Shown here: positions 12,684-26,294 of the stretch, piece by piece
Layout: every line of letters starts with the position of its first letter
Position numbering within the stretch: position 1 is the first letter of the stretch
The notes under the pieces: model-generated
Seen by the model: the letters and a program-made list of their open reading frames with translations, nothing else
Databases searched by the model: none
What the model was told of the DNA's origin: nothing
Position numbers and translations under genes: made by a program
Assembly (NCBI GenBank): GCA_965112155.1
Contig: OZ218101.1
From: Podarcis liolepis
Lineage: Eukaryota
Strand: one strand, 5' to 3'
DNA length: 64,000 nt

Positions 12684-12851
12684 CGTATTTTTCACTCTAT
12701 AACACGCACCCGACCATAACACGCACATAGTTTTTAGAGGAGGAAAATCCGTAGGCATGCCACCCGTAGGCATTCCCTCCATAACACGCTCAGACATTTC
12801 CCCTTACTTTTTAGGAGGAAAAAAGTGAGTGTTATGGTGCAAAAAATACGG
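12684..12851. mobile_element. Tc1/mariner-type MITE, about 168 bp
   Basis: TA|CGTATTTTTCACTCTATAACAC...GTGTTATGGTGCAAAAAATACGG|TA, with internal repeats of ATAACACGC. Confidence 0.85.
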
Positions 12852-15800
12852 TAAGCTCCTTAAATTTATTTTATTTTTTAAACATGTAAATATCACCTGT
12901 CATGTGAAACACATCAAGGCATACCAAAATAAAGACAGCAAAACAGTACAAGTATACAGTATTCTAAAAAGAAGGGAATAACGGATAATTATTAGACATA
13001 CAGAAAAAAAACCATACAGGGCGTGAAAGCCCCTCACAGGCTTTTCAAAATCTCGGAAAATAGTGTGATGAGAATAGTACAAAGAGAAATAAACCTAATT
13101 TTGCAAACTAAAGTTCATAGGGACACTATTATTTTATGTTTTATATCTTTACTGTGGCGTTTCAGCCTCTTATCTGCCTGCAGTTCCAATACTGGATGTG
13201 AAAAAGTGACAAAGACAGACACAGACAATGTGTCACCCCAAGAGAAAAGCATGCCAGGTCACAAATGATCCTTTAGACTGCAAAGGTAAGTGGCCCCTCA
13301 CAACTTGGGAATACACCAGGGAAAACAAAAGACTACAAAACAAAACAAAACAAAACAAAACAAAACCCAGCAATGTAATATTTACTGCATTAAAATGTGC
13401 TCTTATATCATTTCAGAGTTGTTTGGAGTCAGGAACAGAGCTGTACGTAAGGACAGTCTTATTAAGTTAAGATTATATCAGAAGTTTAAAGTGAAGACAT
13501 ATTTTGAAAGGATCTCACCATAAAGGGATTTTTAAAAAAATCTAATTAAATGTTTTTACAAATCTCAAGGGCCTTTCATGTCTGGGGAAGCTCATAAAAC
13601 CTAAGATGAAAACTCCTCAAATATCTGCTTGGATTTTTACTTTTTTTTAGCACCTTTGAAGCAACAAAGAATTTCAATACCAGCTTAATAAGAGCAAATT
13701 ACTTGAGTAATTTTTCTACTTGTTAGGATAAAGTCTATCTTACAAGTGTATTACCTTGTCTGTAAACTGAGAACATTTTACCAGTTAACCAGCCTTAAGA
13801 GGACATCAAAGGACTTGGAATAGATAAAGCAATTCCCCCTCCCCCATTTACTATTAATTATTTTGGCTCTAACATTACATAATGAAAAGTTAACAGAATG
13901 TAATCCACTAGAGATTACTCCAAGATAGCAGTCATGGAATTATTTCTACACTGTAAAAGGGATACATAGTTTGGGATTGCTTCGGGCCCTGGCAATCGAA
14001 CATAAAGCTATAAATTTAAGGATTGCTTCTCTTGCTGAAAAAGCAATTTTCTTCCCTGTCCTTTATACATTGAGTCTCAAAAGTAATCTGAGCATGCATT
14101 TCCTTTTGAAAATGTATTAGTAGCATACTTCATAATCCAGTACAGTATGTTCCTTTAGTTATCCAAGGCTAAATTTTCAGCATGTGTCTCTCATTTGGTA
14201 AATGAAAAATTGTTTGGAAAGCAAGAAACTAAAATATGAAAAAAACAAGTGACTATTTCAGTCTGAAGTGCTCCTGCTTAGAGCTCTAGCCAGTAAGGCC
14301 TATTTTCAGTTAAATCAGACAAATTATAGCTGGAAAAAGTAGAGATGGAGAATTTCCTTGCATTGCCAAAACAGCTAATTTCAATCCATTGGCTTCCATT
14401 GGCAAGTCTTTAAGAGGCCACCTACACTTAAGTTTTTAAGTCTAAAATGTATGACATTTTTTAAAACAGCTCTTACTGATGGCATTGGAAGTTACCATAG
14501 CTCAATGATCCCACACCACAATAAATTATGAAGTTAGAATCAGATGTGACATTATGTAATTCACCCAAAAACATTTTGATTGTGCATTATGCTTGCTAGA
14601 ATGGAAACAGAAGCAGAAATAGAAGTACACTGAAATCAAAGAAGGAAATGCCAGATTTTTAGGACCCAGAGATTCCCCTCTATTACTTGGTGTCCAAACA
14701 CAATACCTTCTAAGTTTTCTGATTTTCCAGGAACAGTCCTGGAATTACAAAAGCTATCCCAGCTTCTGATTTGATCCCAGACTATCTCTATTTCCCCTGC
14801 CAGTGCTGTCACATGGTGGAAGCTGCGGCAGTTGTGGCTACGAGGGAGCAGCCCATTGCCTCTCCATGGCCACTGCTGCAGCAGTGGCTCATAGTGGCTA
14901 CAGGAGAACGGAAAAGGAGCAGGAGACGCTGCCATAAGAAGCTGATGCAATACAAGGCGGCATCTTATGTTGCACCTTTCTGCATCTTTTCCATGGTGAG
15001 GCATGGTGACCAGAACTGCACACAGTATTTCAGAAAACTCTGATATTCCAGATATTGGACCCCCATTCTCATCAGTTCCAACCAGCATGACCATTGGTCA
15101 GGGATTATGGGAGTTGTGATCCAACAACACTGGCGGGTAGCATATCCTCCATCCTATTTTCACTTCCTTCTCAGCATACACCTTCCTTCATTAGCTGCTA
15201 AACATTGGCTCAAATATTTCATTGAGCCATCCACCACAATCATAGTATATCTTCCTGGTCAGTCACTTCCACCAACATCTTCAGTCCAACAGCACCTGGA
15301 AGGCCACAGGCTACTTACCCATGTCTTATAGCAGGATTTCCTTTTTGCTGGAAAGTTATCCATACCTTATTCTATATCAATGTATAGAATATATCAATGT
15401 TTCACTTTACAAAGTGATCAAGCAAGCATAAGAACATCATATTACTATGCCAATTTATTGTAGCATTCCTTTCTAAAAGGCACCCTCCTTTCAAAGTTTG
15501 TTTAAATGTATTTTAGATCACTTAAAATCTTGATGGGATTTGACATGAACAATTTTCTTCATTAAAATTCTAGGACACTCCCTTTACTCTTCATTTTGAA
15601 AAGAAACAGAGCTCGGTGAATAACTAGGTTTCCTTAGATAAGAATGAGGCAACATCAATTTCCACTTAAAAAGGGGAAAGTGCATACAACTGGAGGGGGG
15701 ATGCCTCATTATGTCATTTAAACAGTATGGAAGCTGCAGCAATTTCCTGCATCACTCTGGAAGAGTGCCTGATACAATTCCTTCTCGTGCCATAGGATAG

Positions 15801-17851
15801 CTGGCCACAGCTCTGACATCACAAAGGTGGCATCAGAACTGGCTATCAGGCATTTTAAAGAGCTTTATTTATGAGGTTAGAATGGTTTGCTTACATTGCT
15901 TATACTAGTAAATTTTTGTTTGCCCTCTGACTTATTTAGGATAGTTTGAAATTACATTAAAACATCCATTCAAGATTTAAACACCAATAATTATAAGCAA
16001 CAACCTCACAAAATCCAGGCACAGAATGCTGAGATGTACTTGACTATTAACAACCCAACCTAATATAATGTGTGTTCAAAACTGTTGGACCACAGGATCA
16101 ATTCCACCCGCTGACAGATGCCATCTGGACCCCCTGCCTCCAGCCCTCTTTCCCCCTCCCTCCCCCCTGTTTTTATAACAGCTCAGAGGCAGGGGATGAG
16201 AGTGAGAGAACAAACCTTACTGTCATACCTCAACCTCATTAGCATTCCCATGCCTTCACCAGCAGAACGATACAAAGGAAGGTAGACAGACTGCACAATG
16301 CTAATGACATAAAGCTCCATGCTGCAGTCTCAATTGCAGTTCTTACTGTTCTCCCTGGAGGGAAGATGTGAAACAAGAAAAAAGAAATCCTTCTTTCACT
16401 GATCTACAGTCATTGTCAGCTAGCCAGCATCTTATTGGTCAAGTACAGCTATGTCCTATGAGGCACCAAATGCTGGTGCCCAAAAAAGTAGCATTTCCTA
16501 ATTTGTGCTTGGCTCTGCTCCCAAGTCATTGGATTATTTTCCTTACTCTGAGATCTAATATTTGGAATCAAAAGGTCCTTGCAACTTTTGATCAATTTGG
16601 CCTCAACATCCATACTTCTGGCTGTGCCATTTTCCTATCAAAATATTTCTACCAAAGTTCTCATTATTATCACAAGCAATCACAAACCACTGTATTTCTT
16701 GTCCCCCTTCTACTATAATCTGAGGTCAATTCTTTTTGGGCAGCTGCTGTGAGCAGAACTGAGAAATGATGCCATTGTAGAAGAAATTATCGGTCAACAG
16801 GCGCAAAAATAATTTTTGAATGACGTTTTCAACTCATATAGCCTATAAACCTTATGTTTAAAAAAACAGCTCTTTCTCCACTGTGGTACTGTATATAACT
16901 TAAGTGGAACAATTTAATTTTTAAAGTTTAAATTGTGCCATGTAAAATGTTGACATAGAAAAATCATTGCTTTCTTTAACGCAAGTAACTTTTGATGGCT
17001 GTTTGGGAGAACTTCAGCTCTATGCTCTTCTGTGACTATCATTTTAAGATTCTGTACAATTTAGAAGAAATTGGTCAAATTTTTAATCAATTTATGGAGA
17101 TAAATACCCACAATTGCAAAGCAATGCGTTTTCGGAACACTGTAAATATTTTATTTTATAAAAATATATACCGCCATTTCACAAAATATATCAAAGCCAT
17201 TTGCAACAAAAGTACATAAAACCATAAAATTAAAACCATATAAAAAAGACTGAAACCAGACATCCATTAACCATTGTGGAAAGATGTATTCTTATTTGGC
17301 TACATAGGCCTGGCAGAATAGAAAAGTTTTCAGCTGGTATTTAATGGCTGAAGCAGAAGGCAGAAATAGAAGAGTAAGAAAAGGCAAAAGCAAAGAGCAA
17401 ATCCAACATTAGATATAAAAGAAAACATAGTGATCAATCAAGGTAGTCAATCTTGTGGACATGCACCTGATTTCCTTCTGTCTTTTAGGCAGAAATGGAG
17501 AATATTTTTATTCGAACAGTTGCTCTGTAATTGCAGGGCTGAAGGGCACATCATTCTAGCCTTTGCCATGGTTTAAGGGACACTGGAAAGTTGTTCCTCC
17601 TATGGCAAGGAGGAAACCAAGTGGCCCCATCTGCCAGCCAAAGAAGGAACAGCTGCAGAGGGCTTGCTTATCCCTCCCTGCCAAAAGAACTAGAGAAAAG
17701 CACCTGAATTTGCTTTAACCCTCTCTTCCTTTTGTATTGTGTCTTTTGGACTGGAAGCCTGAGGGCAAAAATAGTCTGCTTATTGATCACTGTAAGCTGC
17801 TCTGGGAGCCTTTTTCAGCTGACAAGCAGGGTAACCATACTTTACAAATAG

Positions 17852-18808
17852 TGTTATAGCTGGAGTACCAGAGTCTGTTAGTGAATATCAGAAACTAATA
17901 AATATTTGGAGTATTGAAGGGAGGATTTCAAGCCAGTGGGAATACACATTCCAAGCTACATTTGGGATAGAGATCATTAAAATGACAAAAGGATGACCCA
18001 TCATAGAGATATTCCTGGGTCTGTGCAGAGTTGTCATGGTTACCATGGACACAGAAAGGTTGAGGATTGAAAATGTGGAGAAACTGTGCTCAAATGAAAA
18101 TTTGTGCCTTTTTAAAAACTAGGCCTGGTGTGGCAGATGGATGGGGAGGAGTTGCTTGGAGCGAGGTTTCTCTGGGAACAAGCAAGTAGGAAGAACGCCA
18201 TGTGGTGGCTGAAGGGCACCAGCCCTTAGAGCTGGCTGGGAAGCAGGAACAAAGGGATGGTACTTATAATGGCTGTATCTGCAATGCTGGGCTGCTATGA
18301 AGCAGCCTATGCTACGAAGGGAGCCAGTGTGGTGTAGTGGTTAAGAGTGGTAGTCTCGTAATCTGCTGAACCAGGTTTGCTTCCCCGCTCCTCCACATGC
18401 AGCTGCTGGGTGACCTTGGGCCAGTCACACTTCTTTGAAGTCTCTCAGCCCCACTCACCTCACAGAGTGTTTGTTGTGGGGGAGGAAGGGAAAGGAGATT
18501 GTTAGCCGCTTTGAGACTCCTTAAGGGGAGTGAAAGGCGGGATATCAAGTCTAAACTCCTCCTCCTCTTCTTCTTCTATGAAGAGCAAGCTGTTCTTGAA
18601 ATGACAGTGCTGTAGGATCTGCACCCCCTTCATTTATACTAAGGTGTAAATACGTGTTATTAAGCCATATTTCTTAAAGACACTACTGCCTCCACCATGT
18701 ATTGATTCTCAATGGAAACACAACAGTGGGTTAACACCTGGAACCCTCTAGAATCTTGTGCACCACTCGGCAGCGATGGGGTGTGTGTGGCAAGCAGCCT
18801 TTGTAACA
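17852..18808. mobile_element. Solo LTR (Gypsy or ERV1-like), about 690 bp, interrupted by a SINE
   Basis: Termini TGTTATA...TGTAACA (inverted, 1 mismatch). 4-bp TSD ATAG at 17848-17851 and 18809-18812. Confidence 0.72.
18319..18575 (+). mobile_element. Full-length tRNA-derived SINE (Squam3-like)
   Basis: GGGAGCCAGTGTGGTGTAGTGGTTAAG head (A box), B-box-like GGTTTGCTTCC, (CCT/CTT)n tail. TSD CTACGAA / CTATGAA (18312-18318 and 18576-18582). Confidence 0.9.
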
Positions 18809-20643
18809 ATAGTTTGCTAATGATGTTAATGCTTGCTGCTTCAAACTATTATTTGTTTTACTCTGTTGTTTTCACATTTTAATTGTTATTTACCATATTG
18901 CTATTTCCATTTTTGTAAGATGCTCTTGGTGGCATTGAGTAGAAATATTAAGACAACAGCGGGAACCACCATTTTCCTGTTTTTTGCTGAATAAAAATGT
19001 GCAGATTTCAGGAACAGAAGCCTCTTAGGATGTTCACAAGACATCTATCACAGAACCCTAAAATCAATTTCTGTGCACCGAGGTTCAGTTTCAGCTGCAA
19101 TGTTTAACAACCATTGATACTGCTTCTTAAATTTCTCTAAACCTTACTTAAATTTCTTATTTTTTCCTAATCCTTTTAAAATGTGTATTAAGCTTTACAG
19201 GACTAGCTTGCATCCAGCTATTGGCTACAGAATGAACATCAATTATTCTGTTATCACCAGGTTGGATACTGTTCCAACTACATTGCTCTGTGACCATAAA
19301 AATGAGGGAAGAAAGCCTTATGAAGGGCCAATCTTACCTCCAGCCTAGCAGAAAAACCAGGAAGGCAAGACTAGCTTGGTCCAACGCAAATATCTGATTT
19401 AATGTTCACAATGCTTATTGGCATGCAAAGAACAGGATATATATTTTAGGAGTGAATCAGCTCACTTTTTCTTACAGCACTGTCAAACTGATCTCACTCC
19501 TTTACAGTTTCTCTTTACTCACCTTTCCTTGTATGTCATTACTTATTTGTTTGTAAACCTAACGGCAGGATCAGTATCCTAATTTTATTTATGTGCAAGT
19601 CTGCATCAGTTCTGTGTATTAAATCTTAACTGCTGCGAGCAGCTTTAGGGGATTCCATCCCTCCTGAAAAGTAGGATATAAATATAATAAATGAATAAAT
19701 AGTACAAGTTGGTTTATAGTGCTGTATTAAAAATAAGCATTACAACACTATTAGAATGTATACAGGGCAGTATTCAATGGAATATTTGTGCAATCCAAGG
19801 ATTAGTGGTAGTGCAACAAAATATCCTCCTTCTCTTCACCCTGTCCCATTCCCAAACCTGCTCTGGATGATTGGGGGAAACCCCCAGAGCAGGTATGGGG
19901 GGGTCATAGGGGGAGATGTTCAATTGATGGAACATTGGATACAACTCTCAGCTTAGAAATCTGGGTATCGTCTCATTTTGATGAGAGATATTTTTACTTA
20001 AACTACTTTCTTTAAAAAGTAAAAATGAATGAATTAAAAATAATAATAAGTAACTATGGAATCTACAGTATTTACTACTGTAATGATATAAACAAAATGA
20101 TGACCAACATTCAAATACACTAAAGAGCTTCTGACTACAACTGTGTGTCCAAAAGAAGTACTGATTTGAGTCCTGCTGAAAGACCACAGAGCAATCTCAT
20201 CTCATCATTTCCACTGACAATGGAGCAGAACACACAAAGAACATATAAATGAGGTGGTACATGCAAGAAACACAACAGGGGATATTGTAATAGTTTGAAA
20301 TTATAGTTTGAAATTATAGCCAAAGAAATATTTTACAGGGAGCTTGTGGTAGCGGATTCCTCCCCCCCCCCCCCCCGTTACACACAGATCTATTCAGTTT
20401 CAGCTTACAGAATGAATCCATTCACTGTACCAAGGAAAATATATTGTCTGTTTTTCAAAATAAATATACAGCTAAATGATTCAAAGCATAAAATACGTCT
20501 GTATGCAGCATTCAGTAGCACAGGACAGTTTCAATAAAGGCAGAGTGACCAAAATATTGAATATGATTGCACTATTTCAAACTACTATCTGGAATATTGA
20601 TTCCAGATGGCTCACATCTATTGCAGTATAGAACATACAGAAT

Positions 20644-20975
20644 CCTGGTGATATCAAAATAAACCATGCAAGGAGGGAGATGCAGCCCAAGATAGGAAAA
20701 GAGGTGGTAAGGGAACACCTAGCTACTTTTAATTCAAATCTCCAGGGGCTGATGAGCTGCACCCAAGCATACTAATGGAGCTTGCATATGTAATCTCAAA
20801 GCCTCTATATAATCTTTGAGAATTCTTGAACAGAGAACAGAGGAGGTCCCTGCAGACTGGAGACGGGCAAATATTGTCCCCATCATCAAAAAAGGGGGAA
20901 AAAGAAGACCCAGGGTAACTACCAAAGTGTAAGCTGGACATCAATATCAGGAAACGTGCCAGAACAGATAATTAA
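20644..20975 (+). mobile_element. CR1 LINE ORF2 fragment
   Basis: Frameshifted KIGKEVVREHLAT...SPGADELHP...VPADWRRANIVPIIKKG. Homologous to 7359-7687 in the opposite orientation. Confidence 0.88.
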
Positions 20976-22329
20976 ATGTGTTAAGTATTTATTATTGTCT
21001 TTTTATCCATTTCTGTGAAATTCTTACAATAAATAAAAAATTGCATATTCTTATATGAAAGGATGAAATTTTGTATTGCGTAGGACTGAAAAAAATTAAA
21101 TTTTATCTAATGCTTTGTACATTTTTTTGGCAGAATATTTTCTCTTTGTCTCAAAGGTTACACTATAGCAGATCTCATAGCAGATACACTATTGTACATC
21201 AGCAACCCATTGTAGCATTCAAGCATTTTGGATAAAGTCCCACAGGAGATTATCATTTTTATCCTATTTTTTGTTTGTACCAATGAAAGAAAATCAGCTG
21301 AGAGATTTATTCACTACTTTCTTAGATGACAAAATTATTGCAGCCTGCTTCTTTCACTCTATTGCAATTTGTTTCCTTTACAGACGGCAAAATGACCACA
21401 ATTCTATTTATATTATCCATTAATAAACCAAATCTTATGATGGAAAGTCAAATCATTCTTAATCGGTAATAGACAAATCCAGTCATCAACAGAAGCAACT
21501 GAATGTTTATGTGCACATATCATGAAAGCATAGGTCACATTAAAGTATCTGGAGATTTAATTAAAAGAAAGATGAAGCATCTTAATGAGAAGCACCACTG
21601 CCATAAACAATGGAAATGCACGTTATTCCCTAATAGTATAAATAATTTAAGAATTCTACAATGGAAATTAATCTACATATCATGTAACACACACAACTAT
21701 GCCTGTTCCAACTGAATAACGAGCTAAGAAAAAACTCAGGTAGACAATAAAAAATTAGACTGAATAAGAAAGGCAGAGGGGAAAGGGCAAAATGGACTAT
21801 TAATATTCTTCTGGACTGGAAGATTGGAAATGCTAATAATAAGTAATTAAATGTTAGGCACTAATTTTTCTTATTAATTAAGGAGAGAAATATCAGTGCG
21901 AAAGCTCTATTTCATCCAGTACTACCAATGTGAAAACACTATTTTACAGTGCCATCCTATACTTACCTATTCAGAAACAGTCCCTATTAAATTCTAGGTG
22001 ATTTATTCCCAGACAGTGTGCATAGCAGGGGTGTGAAACCCACAGCCCTCAGTTTCATACTATGTGGCTTCCTATGCCCCCAGGAATCTCACATTAGTTC
22101 AGGCACTTGATTGCATAGCTGGTAACTGTGATGCAGCTGCAGCTGCCACTAATGCAAAGAAAAAGTAACTCAACAGAGACTAGCCATTGAATGTGAGCTC
22201 AGAGAGACCTAGTCACAGAGCTTGCTGGGTAGAGGTCCAGAGCATTCCTTGCTATTACACCCTAGGCATCGTTCTCTGTTGTTTGGACTCACACATTTCC
22301 CTGTTGTTCTTTTTTTCAGTATTTCCTGG

Positions 22330-22600
22330 TGGTGGTGGTTAGATTGCAGCTGGCAGGTATCTTATCAAGAAATGGAGACAATTTTAATTGGACAAAATAA
22401 GTCTGCTGCTACTTCTTGGACTGAAAAATGGCGTTGGAGGTGATAAGAGTTAAAGAGATCAGTGGCTGAATTGGGTGTTGGAAGAGTGATCAGGAAAATT
22501 AAGCACTGATGTGTACGGAGACAAGGGCAACAGGTGCAAAATGAAATCAAGTGAATGAATAGAGGGGTCAGGGACAGCAGAGTTACAAAATAACCGATGA
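22330..22600 (-). mobile_element. Old L2-like LINE fragment
   Basis: Reverse-strand peptide ...PNSATDLFNS... resembles the L2 ORF2 region after the endonuclease. Boundaries are approximate. Confidence 0.45.
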
Positions 22601-23974
22601 GATGCATGGAAGTGTGCTGACTGAATGAGTGAAAAACAACCAGTGGAGCATGTTGGAAACGCACTCAGCAAGACTTACACATGCTACTGACATTTGTGCA
22701 ACTGGATGAGTGGTGTGAAAGAATATGTGCATGTGTGTAAGAGACAATGTGAATGGGGGGAAATGGGGGGAAAGAGAGGGGAAAAGGGAGTGTTTCCAGC
22801 CATTGTTATAGATCACCTAGGCCACTTGTGCTGAGTGATTGTGGTCCTCAACTTCAAAAAGGCTGCCCATACCTGGTGTACAGGATTGCAGCCTCAGTTT
22901 TTCAATAACTGTTCTTAGCGGCCTAGCCATTTGTATCTCTGCATTCTGGTAAGGCGGTATTTTTACAAACAGCATGAAGTAAAAAAGATTAGCTGCCATA
23001 GGAGTTTTTCTTTCCATGCCTATTTCCACAACCTTTGTTCCCAAGATGAGATCTCAACAACCTAGTTCAAAGAGAAAAGATATCCATGGTAACTTAACCT
23101 TTCCTTTGAAACTGAAGCTCTAAGTTCAGTATCATCTAGCAAGACAAATTACATGTTATTCAAGTGAATTATTATTATTTAAATCTGAGTTACCATGGAG
23201 AGAGAGAGAAATGAAAAGGTGAAACATGTTTATTTCTAACAACTAACATTAGCAAAGTTATCACCAGGATGTTGTAGAAACCTTACCATTCTAATATGTA
23301 AATACTAACATCTGCTACTTTGTTCTTGGAGAACAATACAAATGAGTTGCAATAGGTGGTATCCAATTTCGTAGTTAAGAGTCACAATGTATCTCTCAAG
23401 ATTTGTTAAAGATTATTAATTTTTTAAAACACAGCCCTATTTCACATAAGTGAAGAAGTCCAACTGAATTCAATAGGGCTTACTGCAACCTTAGTGGCCT
23501 TAAATTTAAGGCATCTAGGACTACTTAAATTTAAGGCATCAACTATCCTGTCAGAATACCTACATCAAAATGTCTCTGCATGTGAGTATCCCTTACTTCT
23601 TGGGGAAGGCAAAGCTCTCCCCCTTGCACATTATTACAGTATATCCTGCCTTTCCCCCTGATAGGCATCAAGGCGGTTTACCAGGGGGTGGGGGGAGAAC
23701 TGCTAAAAACACAGATAATAATTTCAAAACAATTAAACATTAACAAAAGTAAACAATATACATATTTAAAATCTATTAAGCTTTCTGTGTATATATTTTG
23801 ATGTAGGGAATGCAGAAACTATTGATCCCCCATGAACATTATGCTGTGGTACATGAGATTTCTGCTTCAAAAAGGGGCCTAATCTAATATCTCCATTAAA
23901 GAAAGCTGCTTGGTATTCAAGGTGATGTAAAGTACAGAAAACAATTGACGAATGATAAGCAGCAGCTACATATT

Positions 23975-24283
23975 AGAAAGAAGAAGAAGAAGAAGAAGAA
24001 GAAGAAGAAGAAGAAGAAGAGGAGGAGGAGGAGGAGGAGGAAGAGGAGGAGTTTGGATTTGATATCCCGCTTTATCACTACCCGAAGGAGTCTCAAAGCA
24101 GCTAAAATTCTCCTTTCCCTTCCTCCCCCACAACAAACACTCTGTGAGGTGAGTGGGGCTGAGAGACTTCAAAGAAGTGTGACTGGCCCAAGGTCACCCA
24201 GCAGCTGCATGTGGAGGAGCGGAGACGCGAACCTGGTTCACCAGATTATGAGTCTACCGCTCTTAACCACTACACCACACTGG
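23975..24283 (-). mobile_element. Squam3-like SINE with expanded (CCT)n(CTT)n tail
   Basis: Close reverse-complement match to 18319-18575. The tail appears as (GAA)n(GAG)n at about 23975-24050. Confidence 0.9.
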
Positions 24284-24289
24284 TGTAGA

Positions 24290-24612
24290 TAGCTACTCTA
24301 TCCCATTATATCCCCATTCATAACTACCATTCCTCCAACCTACCTCCAGCTCAGATATCCAAAGGTTCTTTGGTCTCCAACACAACTATTCTTTTTCCCT
24401 TGTGCTCTCCAATGCATGGAACACTGTCTTAGAATATGGACATGAGCCTCCTTCCTGTCTCCCCATGAAAATGCATCCACAAACCAGTTTTTCCCTGAAG
24501 TTCTTTAATTTGCATTCTCAGTTGTAACCAAGTTTACATAAGAAGTAACCAAGTTTACATAAGAAGTTTAAGTGAAGCTTCATTTGCTTATTTCTATTCC
24601 TTGCTACCCTCA

Positions 24613-24660
<48 letters not shown>

Positions 24661-24790
24661 CTAGTCTTCTGTAATGTCAGTTTTACACCGTAAACTCCCT
24701 TGGGGCCAGGATCCTATTTGTTTTCTTTGCAAAACTATTTAAAGCACACTGTACACTGTCAGCTGTATCTTAACGATAACAATAATTGGA
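24290..24790 (+). mobile_element. L2-like LINE 3' end with embedded (CT)n at 24615-24656
   Basis: Decayed ...AWNT...KTSFFPEVL C-terminal motif, followed by a typical L2 3' tail (gtaaactcccttggggccagg...gcacactgtacact). Confidence 0.55.
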
Positions 24791-26294
24791 TGGAAATTAA
24801 CTGCACTAGGGACAGCCCTAAAAATGGAAACATGAAGAACACTGGAATATTAAATTTAGTGGATTGAGGTCAGAATATCCAGTGGGGCCTATTTCCTGTG
24901 ATTCTGTTCCTAAATGGCTCAATATTAAAAGCTAAGACGTTAAAATTTGGACTAATCTAGACTGATATGATAGAATGAGCCCTGGTTGACCATTCTGATG
25001 TTGTGGATTGTAGTCCAATAGCTTTTCCCTTACATTAAAATATAGCATGGATGATTTATTGAAGCAATGCAAAGTCCATTCCCATTTCATTAATGTGATT
25101 CCTAGCTTTGAATGGATCCTTAAGCCTATTTCTTCCAAACCCTTGCAGTTGGGACGTAGTGGGCTGTTGGCAAAGGACATGGCATCACAATACATTTCAA
25201 ATGAGCATAAAAGCAATTAAGAGATCTCTCTGATTCTCACCTACATAAATAACATATACATATGCATGAGTGTATATACCATTACAAACATTTCCTTCAT
25301 CTTAGCAGCAGATTGAAGTGAATAAAAAGGTTTGTTACTTTGCAGTGCTGACCTACATTGGCAGCATTTATTTCAGCCACTATTTAAAAAAACACACGTT
25401 AAAAAGAACACGCCTGACCATGTAACAGTAGAAATGTCACAAAGGGCAAGTAAAATAAGGTTCCTTTTAATTAAACCCAGCAATTAATATGAAGCACACT
25501 GTATTCTGCTATTAATGTGACATTTGGAAATATCAGCAAGATAAATATATGGCTAAGCGTTAAAAGGACGTAGCCTTATTTTATTATATATTTTAATAGA
25601 GGGCAAATCTAGTTAAACAGATGGCACTCAGGATTTCTCAATGAATTCAGCATCTGTGTGTACATGTTGCACAAACGCCAATTAAAATGTGTCAGAGTAA
25701 ATTTAAATCCCTTGCTGATAGAGTGTAAGCCAATCTAGCTGGTGGAGGAGCAAGGTTAAACCTAATCATCCTCTGAACTGGCTGCAAGTTGCTTTCGGGT
25801 TGTACATAAATTCCCAGTTAAATAATAAAAACAGAGTTCCTATTGATTAGTATTTATTTACATTCATAACTCTGTTTAAGCTCAAAGAAAAATAAATGGT
25901 AATGTGTATGGTACAATAAATACCTACTGAATTAAAAAGTCTTCAGCAAAAATGTTTCTGAAGCTGCCTGCAAATGCTTCTTCATTGTGGGTAAAAATAG
26001 TCTTAATTGGGGAGTTATACCAACAATATCACATTGTATATTCACACATTCGTATATTGTTCATTGAAACAATTATATTAAGATATTTATTTACCAACAG
26101 AACTGGAAACCAAGTGAACATACAAAGAAACTGGAAGTTTACAAGCTGAGTAAGAATTCTATGGAAAGGAAGGCACAAGACATTTTCAGGTGCTTAATTC
26201 AGAGATGATGTATGTGTAGATGATATGGCAGGCTTCCCAAACTATGGTAATTCAGTCATTTGTTTAAAAACAACAACCCCTGTGTACAGAAATA

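Noticed and set aside
23945-24292. Poly-Lys/Arg 115-aa ORF, similar to ORF 18312-18548
   Set aside because: It is the translation of a SINE and its microsatellite tail.
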